A DNA stretch of 64,000 nucleotides from Deltaproteobacteria bacterium (GTDB lineage Bacteria > Desulfobacterota > Binatia > UBA12015), in contig VGTK01000004.1 of assembly GCA_016874715.1 (NCBI GenBank), positions 3,587 to 67,586 on the forward strand, written 5' to 3'. Under the pieces are notes generated by a model. The model was not told the DNA's origin and ran no database searches. It saw nothing but the letters and a program-made list of their open reading frames with translations. Within the stretch, counting starts at the first letter, position 1; each line of letters opens with the position of its first letter. Made by a program: the position numbers and the translations under genes. This document shows, piece after piece, positions 19,013 to 28,339 of this stretch.

Positions 19013-19030
19013 TGCGTCGCGCGCGGCCGG

Positions 19031-20530
19031 TCAGCGGCACGCGGCGAGCACGCGTCGCGCGCAGCAGGCGGCGACGGCCATGATGGGAATCTGTGGATTG
19101 ACGCCGAGGCTGGTGGGGAACACGCTCGAGTCGGCGATCCACAGCCCGTCGATCTGGTGGTGGCGGAAGTCGGGCCGCACGACGCTCGTCCGCGGGTCGC
19201 GTCCCATGCGGCAGGTACCGAACATGTGCGTGATCGCCGAGGTGTAGGCGGCGGGGCGCGACGGCCCGTCGCGCTCGAGATCCGCCAGCACGGCGGGCGA
19301 CGTGACGTGCGGTGCGAAGCCACGAACGCCGGGGTGCACGACCTCGGCGCCCGCTGCGAGCATCATCTCGCCGAGGATCCGGAGCCCGCGGCGGAAGCGC
19401 TGCACGTCGAGCGCGCTGGGCGTGAAGGTGACGACGGCCCGCCCCGCGATGCTGCGCACGCGGCCGCGAGCCTCGGCGCGCACCGCGGCCCCCCAGTCGA
19501 GCCAGTGCGCCCTGTCGGCGATGCTGCGCGCGAGGTCGCGTCCGACGCCCTCGAGCCGTGCCGCGAGGACGGTCAGGTCGAAGCCCAGCGCCTCGAACTT
19601 GAGCCCCTCGCCGCGCAGCCCCGTGACCTCGTGGCCCTGCGTCGCGCCCTCCCACATGCGCACCGGCTCGCGGAAGCGTCCCGCCAGCGACACGCCCGGG
19701 TGGCACTGGAAGTTCTCGCCGACCGGCCCGTGCGCGATGCGGTTCCGGAGCAGCAGGGCGGGAGTCTGCACCGCGCTCGCCGCGAGGACGATCGCGTGCC
19801 GTGCCCGGAGCCGGACCGGGCCGCCGCCGCGCGCGCGCCCGCAGACCTCGCCGGCGCGACCGCCGGACCGCACGATCTCGCGCGCCGCGACGTCGCTGAG
19901 CAGCGTCGCACCGTGCGCCAGCGCGTCGGCGAGCAGCGTCACGTCGGCCGACTGCTTGAAGCCGTGCGGGCAGCCCTGCAGGCAGCGGCCGCTGCCGGTG
20001 CAGCCGCGAACGTTGCGCCGGGTGGGGCGGTGCGCGAGCCCGAGCGCGTCGGCGCCCTGCGCCATGAGGAGGTTCTTCCGACCGGCGACGGCCGGCTCGG
20101 TCGGTGCGACGCCGAGGCGCGCCTCGAGCTCGTCGGTGAGCGCCTCGAGCTCGTCCCACGCCAGCGCGTCGCGCAGCGACGGATCGGCGGCGCACCAGGC
20201 GTCCCAGACGTCGCGCGGCAGGCGCCAGCAGATCGCCCCGTTGATCGGCGAGCTGCCGCCGACCATGCGCCCCTGGAGGTACGGGATCGGGGCGGCGCCG
20301 AGCACGACCGACGCGCCCATGTCGCGGTAGAGCCGCGACATGGCACCGAACGCGCTCGCCGGCGCGTCCTCGGGCTGAACCCACGGCCCTTCCTCGACGA
20401 CGACCACGCGTGCACCCGCACCGGCGAGCTCGCGCGCCGCGCTGCTTCCGGCGGGGCCGCTGCCGATCACCACGACGTCGGTCTCGAGGTCGAGCGCGCG
20501 CGTGACCTCGGCGCCGGCGACGTGGCTCAC
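19031..20530 (-). CDS. GMC family FAD-dependent oxidoreductase
   Basis: Track ORF 19031..20788, start moved to GTG 20530 (GTGA overlap with the upstream gene). FAD fold DVVVIGSGPAGSSAARELAGAGARVVVVEEG. C-terminal GMC block HMFGTCRMG..IDGLWIADSSVFPTSLGVNPQ. Confidence 0.85.
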   Translation of the reverse strand: MSHVAGAEVTRALDLETDVVVIGSGPAGSSAARELAGAGARVVVVEEGPWVQPEDAPASAFGAMSRLYRDMGASVVLGAAPIPYLQGRMVGGSSPINGAICWRLPRDVWDAWCAADPSLRDALAWDELEALTDELEARLGVAPTEPAVAGRKNLLMAQGADALGLAHRPTRRNVRGCTGSGRCLQGCPHGFKQSADVTLLADALAHGATLLSDVAAREIVRSGGRAGEVCGRARGGGPVRLRARHAIVLAASAVQTPALLLRNRIAHGPVGENFQCHPGVSLAGRFREPVRMWEGATQGHEVTGLRGEGLKFEALGFDLTVLAARLEGVGRDLARSIADRAHWLDWGAAVRAEARGRVRSIAGRAVVTFTPSALDVQRFRRGLRILGEMMLAAGAEVVHPGVRGFAPHVTSPAVLADLERDGPSRPAAYTSAITHMFGTCRMGRDPRTSVVRPDFRHHQIDGLWIADSSVFPTSLGVNPQIPIMAVAACCARRVLAACR

Positions 20531-20922
20531 CGGCCGGTCTCCGTCGCGCTGCGGTCCGGCGCGCGCGCCACCGCCTGAACGTGCGCGTCGTCGAAGTAGG
20601 CGAAGCAGGCGACCAGCTTGACGACCAGCAGCAGCGCGTCGCCACCGGGCAGGTGTGCGCTGCGCCGCAGCACGTCGTCGCGCGCGCCGTCGTCGAGTCG
20701 CGCGAAGGTCGTGCGGTGCCCGAGGACGAGCGGGGCCGCGGCGCCGAGGAGCCAGGTCGCCGCGCGGAAGCCGAGGCGCAGCGTCCACGGCGCGGAGCTC
20801 GTGAACCGTTCCCAGAAGACGCGACGGTCGAGCTCCGCCATTGCCGGCAGCCCGCTACCCGGGGCGGGAATCATCGCGTCGAGCAGCGCGTCGCGCGTGC
20901 GCGCCTCGAAGAAGAGCGGCAT
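20527..20922 (-). CDS. Small partner subunit of the GMC oxidoreductase (gluconate 2-dehydrogenase subunit 3-like)
   Basis: Last 131 codons of track ORF 20527..21291, from ATG 20922 (MPLFFEARTRDALLDAMIPAPGSG). Family call rests on this N-terminal pattern and on translational coupling to the GMC gene. Confidence 0.5.
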   Translation of the reverse strand: MPLFFEARTRDALLDAMIPAPGSGLPAMAELDRRVFWERFTSSAPWTLRLGFRAATWLLGAAAPLVLGHRTTFARLDDGARDDVLRRSAHLPGGDALLLVVKLVACFAYFDDAHVQAVARAPDRSATETGR

Positions 20923-20998
20923 CCTCGGCCGGCATCGAAGCAGCCCGGCTCCGGGGAAGGCCGGAGCCGGGCTGCCCCGGAAGAGCGCGGCTTCGCGC

Positions 20999-23392
20999 TC
21001 AGCCGTTGCGATCGAACTCGAGGACCTGCTGGAACGTCGGCCGGTTCGTCGTCGGGAAGCGGTCGGGCAGGACGTTCGGGACGAACCCGGTCGTCGCGGC
21101 GTCCTTGCGCCACAGCGACGGATCGGCTTCGCCCTGCTCCGCGGCGAGGCGCTCGACCGTGTCGTGCAGCACCTGCCACAGCGAGGCACTGCACGCCGCG
21201 ATCGAGCCACGGCCGCAGTACCTGAGGTTGAAGCGACCCCGGACCGGCTCGCCGAGCAGCGTGCGCAGGTCCTTGTCGACGTACGACGCACCGTCGGTGC
21301 CGTTCAGGCCGCGAATGCTGTTGAGCTGGTCGACCAGGTCGCCGAACACGGGTGCCAGCACCGCCTCGACGAGCGGGCGGAACACGGCGTCGAAGACGAC
21401 GGGGCCCGCGTCGTCGAACTTGCCGTCGGCGTCGACGTCGATGCGCGGCGCGTCGCGCTCGACCCAGTCGTCGAGCAGGTCGACCACCTGCCGGTCGCGC
21501 GGGCTCGGCGCCTCGCGGCGGCGCAGCACGCGGCTGATCACCGGCCACACCGACGAGCGCACGTCCTCGGTCGCGGCGCGGTTCATGACGCCGACGACGT
21601 CGGTGAGATCCACGTCGTCGGGCCACTTGTCGAAGCTCTCCACGCGATGCACCGAGCCGTACGGCTCGTCGTCGCCGTGCATGAAGCCGGGTGCCGACTG
21701 GTTGTTCCAGTTCAGGAGCAGGCCGTTGGGACCGCTCACGTCGTGCGGGTGCTCGCGCTCCCGGAGGTAGCCGAGCCACTCGAACGCGCCGGTGCCGAGC
21801 GTCGGCAGGCGCCGGTCGAGGCCGCGCGGGCGGCGCGGCAGCCGGCCGGAGGTGAAGAAGGCCGTGTTCCGCCGCGAGGCGTACGCCCAGTTGAACGTGA
21901 AGCCGAACTGGTTCGCCGTCTCCCAGAAGCGCGTCGGGCTGCTCGCGCGGCCCTCGGTCATGCGCTTGAGGGCGATCAGGTTGAGCGCGTCGCGGCCGAA
22001 CGTCGAGCGGCGGCGCGACAGCGCGTAGGGCTTGCCGTTCACGGTGGCCGTGGCGAACACGCCGCCGTGCACGGTCTTCTGGAAGACCAGCGGCGTGTCA
22101 CCGAGCCGGCCTGCGTCGAAGGTCTCCATCGCGACGCAGCGGCCCTTGAACACGTAGTGCTGCGACGCGCGCGTCGGGGTGCCGCGGCGCGGCTCGCAGA
22201 GCTCCTCCACGTAGACGTCGCGGACGTCGTGGCCCGCCGACGTGAGGCTCCACGCGTAGTCCTCGGTGCGCCCGATCAGGATGTACATCGCCATGCCGGG
22301 GACGGCGACGCCCTGCGCCTTGATGCCAGGCGCCTCGAGGTGAATCTGCTGCACGATCTCGGGATAGTAGTAGCCGAGCTGCGGGCCCATCACCGCGAGC
22401 GTGTTGCCGCTCGCCGAGCGTGCGGGCGACGCGAGGAGGAAGTTCGACGCCCGGCGTCGCGATGGCGCCGCCGCCGCCTCGGCGCCGGTCTGGCGCGGGT
22501 CGATGCTCTCGATCGAGCCGGCATCGAGGACGACCGAGCCCGTCACCGGTCCGCCGGTGAGCGGGCCATAGCTGAAGCGGCGCCGGATGGTCGCGGGCGC
22601 CTCGGGGTCCTCGGCGAGCATGACGTCTTCCCACGCATCGCGGCCGCGCTTGTGTCCCAGCCTGTCCTGCAGCCTGGCGAGCAGGTCGGAGTTCGCCGCC
22701 TCGCCGCCGCCGCCCGCGCCGAAGATCGAGCCGATGAACGCGGTGACGGCGATCACGTCGTTGACGGTCGCGGGCGCGTCGGCGATGCCGTTGGCCGCGT
22801 TGTAGGCGTTGATGCCGTCGGCATAGGCCTGCGCGTCGGAGAGCACCTCGCGCCCCTCGGCGCCGTACTCGCTGCGCAGCAGCTCCACCTGCTCGCTGAC
22901 CAGCGCCTCCGCCGCCGGGCTCGGCGTGAAGCTCTGCACGCTGGTGACGAGCGAGAACGCGTCGATGTTCGGCACGTCGGCGACCGCGACGCGTGCGGGA
23001 TTGCGGCCGATGCGGAGCAGCAGCTCGCGATCGCGCGCCGATGCCCAGCCGGCACCGAACGCCATGTCCTCGCGGGTCTCGCCGTAGACGTGCGGGATGC
23101 CGTACGAGTCGTAGATCAGGCTCAGCCCGGGGCGCCCCGTGGTCTCCGCGCGGGCCGGCGCGATCGGCTGGAAGTCCTCGGGCAGGAAGTACCGCTCGAT
23201 GTCGGCCAGCGTGATGTCGTCGCGCAGCGGCGTCAGGCCCGCATAGAGCGGCAGCTGGTCGCGCGAGTTCTCGTTGAACGGCAGGCCGCCGTAGTTGCCC
23301 GGCGGGAGGATGTAGCCCGCGACGTCTGCGGCGGCCGCCGGGGCGGCGAGAAGCAGAAGCGCTGCGAGCGAAAAGGACAAGCGGTTGATCAC
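20999..23392 (-). CDS. Penicillin/acyl-homoserine-lactone acylase family protein (Ntn hydrolase, S45)
   Basis: Track ORF 20999..23392 (797 aa). Signal peptide MINRLSFSLAALLLLAAPAAAA. Blocks YDSYGIPHVYGETREDMAFGAGWA and the nucleophile region SNFLLASPARSASGNTLAVMGPQLGYYYP. Confidence 0.85.
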   Translation of the reverse strand: MINRLSFSLAALLLLAAPAAAADVAGYILPPGNYGGLPFNENSRDQLPLYAGLTPLRDDITLADIERYFLPEDFQPIAPARAETTGRPGLSLIYDSYGIPHVYGETREDMAFGAGWASARDRELLLRIGRNPARVAVADVPNIDAFSLVTSVQSFTPSPAAEALVSEQVELLRSEYGAEGREVLSDAQAYADGINAYNAANGIADAPATVNDVIAVTAFIGSIFGAGGGGEAANSDLLARLQDRLGHKRGRDAWEDVMLAEDPEAPATIRRRFSYGPLTGGPVTGSVVLDAGSIESIDPRQTGAEAAAAPSRRRASNFLLASPARSASGNTLAVMGPQLGYYYPEIVQQIHLEAPGIKAQGVAVPGMAMYILIGRTEDYAWSLTSAGHDVRDVYVEELCEPRRGTPTRASQHYVFKGRCVAMETFDAGRLGDTPLVFQKTVHGGVFATATVNGKPYALSRRRSTFGRDALNLIALKRMTEGRASSPTRFWETANQFGFTFNWAYASRRNTAFFTSGRLPRRPRGLDRRLPTLGTGAFEWLGYLREREHPHDVSGPNGLLLNWNNQSAPGFMHGDDEPYGSVHRVESFDKWPDDVDLTDVVGVMNRAATEDVRSSVWPVISRVLRRREAPSPRDRQVVDLLDDWVERDAPRIDVDADGKFDDAGPVVFDAVFRPLVEAVLAPVFGDLVDQLNSIRGLNGTDGASYVDKDLRTLLGEPVRGRFNLRYCGRGSIAACSASLWQVLHDTVERLAAEQGEADPSLWRKDAATTGFVPNVLPDRFPTTNRPTFQQVLEFDRNG

Positions 23393-23590
23393 GGGGTCTC
23401 CCTTCGACGGGATGGCCTACACCGCGCCGGGTTGCAGGGGCAAAGCCAATCCTTACGGCTGGCAACCCGGGTGCGGATTCCCCGCGGACGGGCACCTCCG
23501 TCGCCCCCGCCCCCGCCGCCGCGGGAACGTCGAGACCCTCCCGCAGAGAGGTGACGCCATCTCGCCGGCGGTGTACCAGGCTCGCGCCCG

Positions 23591-24637
23591 ATGCGGCACC
23601 GGATCCAGACCCTCCTCGCGGTGGCGGCCGCGCTCGCCGCCGGATGTGCACCGCTCGTCGCGAGCTTCGGCGTCGGTGGCGACGAGCCGGAGAGCTTCGT
23701 GCTCGCCGTCTCGGCTGGCGAGGCGCGTCGCGCGTACGAGCTGGTCTGCCCGGCTCTCCGGTTCGCGGTCCCCTTCGAGGCGTTCCGCAGCAGCGTCGAG
23801 GCGAACCCGTTCCTCGCGGCTGCGACCGGCGTGACGATCAACAGCTACGAGTCGGGCGGCGGGCTCGCCGTCGTGCAGCGCGGCTGGCTCGACGCGACGA
23901 GCGGCGTCACCGCGGCGAGCTTCTACCTCTCGAAGGACGGTGACGGCTGGTGTCTGACGGGCGTGGAGATCGGCGGCACGCCCGCGCTGCCGGCCCCCGG
24001 TACCGCGGCGGCCGGCGGCGACCGGGTCGCAGCGCCGACCGACCGCGCCCGGCTCGCGCCGGCACTGCGCAGCGAGGCCTATCGTGCCTACGGCCTCGCC
24101 AACCCCGCGACGCGCCGCTACCGGATGACGAGCGGCGGTGCGCAGCCCGCGGTCGGCGCGCAGCGCGCGGACCTGCTCGAGGTCGGTCCGGCCGCGGCCC
24201 GATTCCGCATCGTGCGCGTCGGCGGGCTCGCGCCGCTGGGCTCGCTCGAGGTCTCGCTCGAGCGGGACGGCGTCCATCTCGTCGCGTCGTCGCAGGGCAC
24301 GGTCGAGGAACGCGCGCTCATCCTGCCCGCGACGCTCGCGACCGGCGCCACCTGGCAGAGCGCGTACGTGATCGGCCGCGATGCGACTGCGACGCGCTAC
24401 CGCGCGACCGACGTGGTCGAAGGCCGCGAGCGCGTCGTGACGCCGGCAGGAGACTTCGACACGATCCGGGTCGTCTCGAACGCGACCCTCGAGGTCGGAG
24501 CGACCCGTGCCACGGTGCGCACCGTGGTGTGGTACGCGCTCGACGTCGGCTCGGTCCGCACGGAGAGCGCGACCACCGTCGAGGGCGAGACGACGCAGGT
24601 CGTCGTGGAGCTCGTCGCGGTCGAACCGAGCTCGTGA
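23591..24637 (+). CDS. Hypothetical lipoprotein (348 aa)
   Basis: Track ORF 23591..24637. Lipobox-like LAAGC after the signal peptide MRHRIQTLLAVAAALAAGC. No family recognised. Confidence 0.55.
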   Translation: MRHRIQTLLAVAAALAAGCAPLVASFGVGGDEPESFVLAVSAGEARRAYELVCPALRFAVPFEAFRSSVEANPFLAAATGVTINSYESGGGLAVVQRGWLDATSGVTAASFYLSKDGDGWCLTGVEIGGTPALPAPGTAAAGGDRVAAPTDRARLAPALRSEAYRAYGLANPATRRYRMTSGGAQPAVGAQRADLLEVGPAAARFRIVRVGGLAPLGSLEVSLERDGVHLVASSQGTVEERALILPATLATGATWQSAYVIGRDATATRYRATDVVEGRERVVTPAGDFDTIRVVSNATLEVGATRATVRTVVWYALDVGSVRTESATTVEGETTQVVVELVAVEPSS

Positions 24638-24802
24638 CCGCGGTCACGACGCGGTCACGCGGGTCGTCGTCTCCCGCGCGACCCACGACCGCCACGGACC
24701 GGCCGGGGGCGCCGCTCGTGTGACTGGGCCCGCCGGCCGTGGGCAGGCGTCTCGGGGCCGGAGGATGGCGTCGGCGCCCGGCGTGCTATCCGTCGATCTC
24801 TC

Positions 24803-25768
24803 ATGTCGATCGTCACCGACTGGCTCGCGTACGCCGGCTTACGCGTCGCCCTGCTTCCCTTCCAGCTGTCGTCGATCCGGGTCGCGCGCAAGCTGGGCGC
24901 TGCGCTGGGCCTGGTCGCCTACTGGGTCGCGCCCGTGCGCAAGAAGCTCGTCGCCCGGAACATCGGCTACTTCTTTCCCGACTGGGATCCGGCGCGTCGG
25001 GAGCGTCTCGTGCGCGAGGCGTACCGGAACCTGGGGCTCGCGCTGGCCGACTTCGCCGTCGGATCGCGCTTCCGTCCCGAGAACGTCGACCAGTTCATCA
25101 AGCTCGAGGGCGCCGAGCACTATGCGGCGGCGCACGCGCACGGCGGACAGGTCATCCTGTTCGGTGCGCACCAGGCGATGTGGGAGTGGGCGCAGTGCGT
25201 GCGCCACTGGTGCCACGGCGACGCCGTCTACTGCATCGGCAAGCGCATCCACAACCGCTTCGTCGACGACTACGTCAAGCGCAAGCGCAGCGTGTTCGGC
25301 GTCGAGATGATCAGCAGCCGCGGCGCCATCGCGTCGCTCGAGGCGCGGGGTGAGACGGACCCCACCGCCAACTTTGCCTTCTTCGTCGATCAGCGCGGCT
25401 CCAAGGGAAAGGGCGTCTGGATCGAGGTCGCGGGCCGTCCGGTGGCGGCGATGCCGGGGCCGGCGATCATGGCGCTGCGCGGCAAGCTCCCGCTGATCCC
25501 GTCGCAGTTCATCCGCACCGACTTCGGCATGATCCTGCGCTTCCACGCGCCGATCGTTTACGAGCCGACGGGCGACGACGCGGTGGACATCCAGCGGCTC
25601 ATGCAGCTCGTCAACGACCACGTGACGAGCTGGATCCGCGAGCACCCCGAGTCGTACTTCTGGATGCACAATCGCTTCAACGTCCACGCTGCCGAGCAGG
25701 AAGCGAACGACGCGTTCGCGCGATCCATCGCGCGCACCGCACCGGAGGCCGCGTCGCCGCCGGGTTGA
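24803..25768 (+). CDS. lpxL: Lipid A biosynthesis (Kdo)2-lipid IVA acyltransferase family protein (LpxL/LpxM/LpxP type)
   Basis: Track ORF 24803..25768. N-terminal membrane anchor, KKLVARNIGYFFPDW, and an HxxxxE dyad in GAHQAMWEW. Confidence 0.65.
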   Translation: MSIVTDWLAYAGLRVALLPFQLSSIRVARKLGAALGLVAYWVAPVRKKLVARNIGYFFPDWDPARRERLVREAYRNLGLALADFAVGSRFRPENVDQFIKLEGAEHYAAAHAHGGQVILFGAHQAMWEWAQCVRHWCHGDAVYCIGKRIHNRFVDDYVKRKRSVFGVEMISSRGAIASLEARGETDPTANFAFFVDQRGSKGKGVWIEVAGRPVAAMPGPAIMALRGKLPLIPSQFIRTDFGMILRFHAPIVYEPTGDDAVDIQRLMQLVNDHVTSWIREHPESYFWMHNRFNVHAAEQEANDAFARSIARTAPEAASPPG

Positions 25769-25813
25769 CGCGGCGGCATCTCGGGTACGCCGTGCCCGGA
25801 GCGGCCCGGGGGG

Positions 25814-27889
25814 TCAGCCGGGCGCCATGCGGACGGTGCGCCGTGACAGGACGACGTCGGGTGACCCCTCGGGCGTGATCTCGATGCGATACGAGCCGCC
25901 GGCGGCGAGCTCGGGCGCCGTGATCCGCAGCGTGCGCGTCACGCGCTCGCCGCGGGCGAGCGCCACGGGCAGCATCCCCCGCGCAGGCGAGGTGGCGACC
26001 AGGGCCCCGTCGTCGTCGTACCAGCGAGCGGTAAGCGGGATGGGCTCCATGGTCGGATGACGAAAGGCCGCGCTGCTGCCGTTCTCGAAATCGAGCTCCA
26101 CCGCCGTCGCCGGCGGAGCGACGACTGCCGACGGGAGATCCGTCCGGTCGCGATCGTCGCGCAGCGCGATCGTGTCCAGCGTCGTGGCGACCGGGACCGG
26201 GCTCGACAGGGTGAAGCGAACCAGCCGGTCGGCCTCGCCGACCCGTGTGATTCGCATCGGGTCATCGAGCAGCGGCGCCAGCTCGAGCAAGCGGGGAGCG
26301 CCGAGGTGCCGGTGATGAACGAGGATCGTGCGGAAGCCCATCGCGTACAGGGCGTCCGCCGCGGCAACGTCGGGGAGGCGGTCGGCGAGCCGCGTCACCT
26401 CTGCCTCGAGCGGGCTCGTGAACGAGTTGTAGCAGGCCGCCACCGGTCGCCGGTGGTAGGCGGCGAGCACGAGGGATTCCGGTACGTCGCGGAGCTTGTG
26501 CCGTTGCGGATCGCCGAACGGGAGATTCAGGACCGCACCTTCCGGGAGGTCGCGCAGCAGGGCGCGCACCTGCGGCGACGGTGCGATTCGATAGGCTGCC
26601 AGCCGCGCCGATCGGATGGTCAGGGTTGCCGTCGGGTCGTACGCCTCGAGAAGGACGCACAGGCTCAGTCCGGCCGCGGCCGCCAGGCGCCACCGGCCGC
26701 GCAGCCACCCGAGGATCACGGACGCGCCGTAGGCGGCGAGAAACGCCGCCACCAGATAGACGCCGAAGCGGAGCGAGGCGAGGACGCGGACAGCGTCGAG
26801 GCCGGGCACGACGCTCTCCAGCAGGGAGAGGGGGTTGGGCACCACCCAGCGGAGCAGCGGCAGGCGGAAGGGGCGCATCGTCGTCGCTGCGACCACGAGC
26901 CCGGCGACGGCGAAGGGGATCCGCGGATCCTCGCCTGCGCGGCAGCGCGGCCCGCGCAGGCGATCGGCGAGCCCGAGCAACGCGAGCACCAGCGCCACGA
27001 GGCCGATCGAGGACGGCCTGCCGGGAAGATAGTCCGCCAGCGGCACGAGCAGGGTGAAGGTGCGGCCCTGCAGCAGCCCCCAGCGATCGCGCGCCTGCAG
27101 ATAGGGACCGAGCACGAGCATCGCCGCGCCAGCCGAGACCAGGCCGACCGCGACCAGCTTGGGCAGCAACGCGCGCAGCGCCCCCCGGTGGCGAACGAGC
27201 AGCGTGAGCCCGTAGGTGCCGCCGAGAATCGCCAGGGCGAGCACCTGATAGAAGCTCTCGAGGAGCTGCAGCACGATGGCCAGTGCGAGGGCGCCCGCGT
27301 CGCGCCAGCGCTGCCGCGCGAAGAGCTGGTGGGCGAACAGCAGCGCCGGCGGCGTCCACAGGTTGCCGTGCACGAACGGGTGAGCGGGATTGCCGAGCCG
27401 TGCCGCGCTGAACGCGAACAGCATGCCGGACACGAATGCCGCCGGAATGCTCCGGGTCCAGTAGAGCGCGAGCGCGTACATGCCGAGCGCCGTGATCCAT
27501 ACCGACAGGACCACCGCCGCGTTGTAGCCCAGGACCGGGTCGCGGGTGGGGAGATAGGCGGGGAGCGCGAGCAGGCTCTCGCCGAACATGTGCTCGCCGA
27601 GGGTGTACGATTCGCGCAGCGGGTAGCAGAATCCGAAGCCGGCGAGCGCACCCGGGCCGCGCAGCGCCTTCTCGATGTTGGACGCGATCCCGGCGACGAC
27701 GAATCGCTGGTCCGCCTGGTACAGCATGCCCGTCGTCGTTCCGACCATCGCAGCCGGCAGCGGCACCAGATCGCCGGGGGCGGCGAGGATCGAGCGGTGC
27801 ACGAACAGCGAGAGCGCGAGATACGCCGCGGCGACCAGCACGTGGGCGACGCGGCTCGGGCGCGGGGTCGAGGCCTCGGTCGGGCTCAT
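25814..27889 (-). CDS. Polytopic membrane protein with C-terminal periplasmic domain, possible GT-C fold (ArnT/GT39-like) glycosyltransferase
   Basis: Track ORF 25814..28222, start moved to ATG 27889 (MSPTEASTPRPSRVAHVLVAAAYLALSLF). About 430 aa of transmembrane segments, then about 260 soluble residues. Function call is weak. Confidence 0.45.
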   Translation of the reverse strand: MSPTEASTPRPSRVAHVLVAAAYLALSLFVHRSILAAPGDLVPLPAAMVGTTTGMLYQADQRFVVAGIASNIEKALRGPGALAGFGFCYPLRESYTLGEHMFGESLLALPAYLPTRDPVLGYNAAVVLSVWITALGMYALALYWTRSIPAAFVSGMLFAFSAARLGNPAHPFVHGNLWTPPALLFAHQLFARQRWRDAGALALAIVLQLLESFYQVLALAILGGTYGLTLLVRHRGALRALLPKLVAVGLVSAGAAMLVLGPYLQARDRWGLLQGRTFTLLVPLADYLPGRPSSIGLVALVLALLGLADRLRGPRCRAGEDPRIPFAVAGLVVAATTMRPFRLPLLRWVVPNPLSLLESVVPGLDAVRVLASLRFGVYLVAAFLAAYGASVILGWLRGRWRLAAAAGLSLCVLLEAYDPTATLTIRSARLAAYRIAPSPQVRALLRDLPEGAVLNLPFGDPQRHKLRDVPESLVLAAYHRRPVAACYNSFTSPLEAEVTRLADRLPDVAAADALYAMGFRTILVHHRHLGAPRLLELAPLLDDPMRITRVGEADRLVRFTLSSPVPVATTLDTIALRDDRDRTDLPSAVVAPPATAVELDFENGSSAAFRHPTMEPIPLTARWYDDDGALVATSPARGMLPVALARGERVTRTLRITAPELAAGGSYRIEITPEGSPDVVLSRRTVRMAPG

Positions 27890-27900
27890 GCTCGATGCTT

Positions 27901-27990
27901 CATGGTACGGGGTCCGAGACCTCGCTGTTTCGTCGTACGGAATCCGACGCCTCGCTGCCTGGTCGTACGGAATCCGACACCGATCAAGCC
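27901..27990. repeat. Tandem repeat, 30 bp x 3 (diverged)
   Basis: catggtacggggtccgagacctcgctgttt / cgtcgtacggaatccgacgcctcgctgcct / ggtcgtacggaatccgacaccgatcaagcc. Begins 12 nt upstream of the 27889 start codon. Confidence 0.8.
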
Positions 27991-28040
27991 GGACCCGCAT
28001 GCTCGGCGGATCCGGCAGCGCGCAGCCACGCGCCGCTGCG

Positions 28041-28190
28041 TTGCGCAGGAGCCTGCTCGAGGGCGTGCGGCGGCGCAGGAGCCTGCTCGAGGGCGTGCGG
28101 CGGCGCAGGAGCCTGCTCGAGGGCGTGCGGCGGCGCAGGAGCCTGCTCGAGGGCGTGCGGCGGCGCAGGAGCCTGCTCCCGGGCCTGCGT
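28041..28190. repeat. Tandem repeat, 30 bp x 5 (three perfect internal copies)
   Basis: Unit cggcgcaggagcctgctcgagggcgtgcgg at 28071, 28101 and 28131. Edge copies at 28041 and 28161 are slightly diverged. The unit contains the interrupted palindrome GCAGG-AG-CCTGC and CTCGAG. Confidence 0.95.
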
Positions 28191-28339
28191 CGGCTGGCGT
28201 CGACGCTGGCAGTGACCGGCACGCCGTGGTAGCCGCCTCGCCAAGCTCAGGCTCCAACCAGATGCCGTGCCGAGGTCGACGCCGCGCAGGCGACCACACG
28301 ACCCCGCGCGCACGACACGAACGCCGAGGAGGCACAGCC

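Noticed and set aside
16875-20645. 1256-aa ORF on the minus strand, the longest in the track
   Set aside because: It runs antisense to kefC and out of frame through the GMC gene. It is almost entirely Arg/Ala/Gly/Pro with no recognisable motif, while the overlapping frames carry clear KefC and GMC signatures. This is a typical stop-poor shadow frame of very GC-rich DNA.
24634-24647. Perfect 14-bp palindrome GTGACCGCGGTCAC at the lipoprotein stop codon, as a terminator
   Set aside because: It would fold with essentially no loop and no U tract follows, so it cannot be supported as a terminator or an operator from the sequence alone.
28041-28190. Five 30-bp direct repeats as a possible CRISPR array
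   Set aside because: The units are contiguous with no unique spacers, there are no cas genes in the window, and 30-bp head-to-tail units fit a simple tandem repeat.
27890-28222. N-terminal extension of ORF 25814..28222 containing RRRTPSSRLL x 4
   Set aside because: The peptide repeat is just the translation of the 30-bp tandem array. A membrane-protein-like N-terminus begins at ATG 27889, downstream of both arrays.
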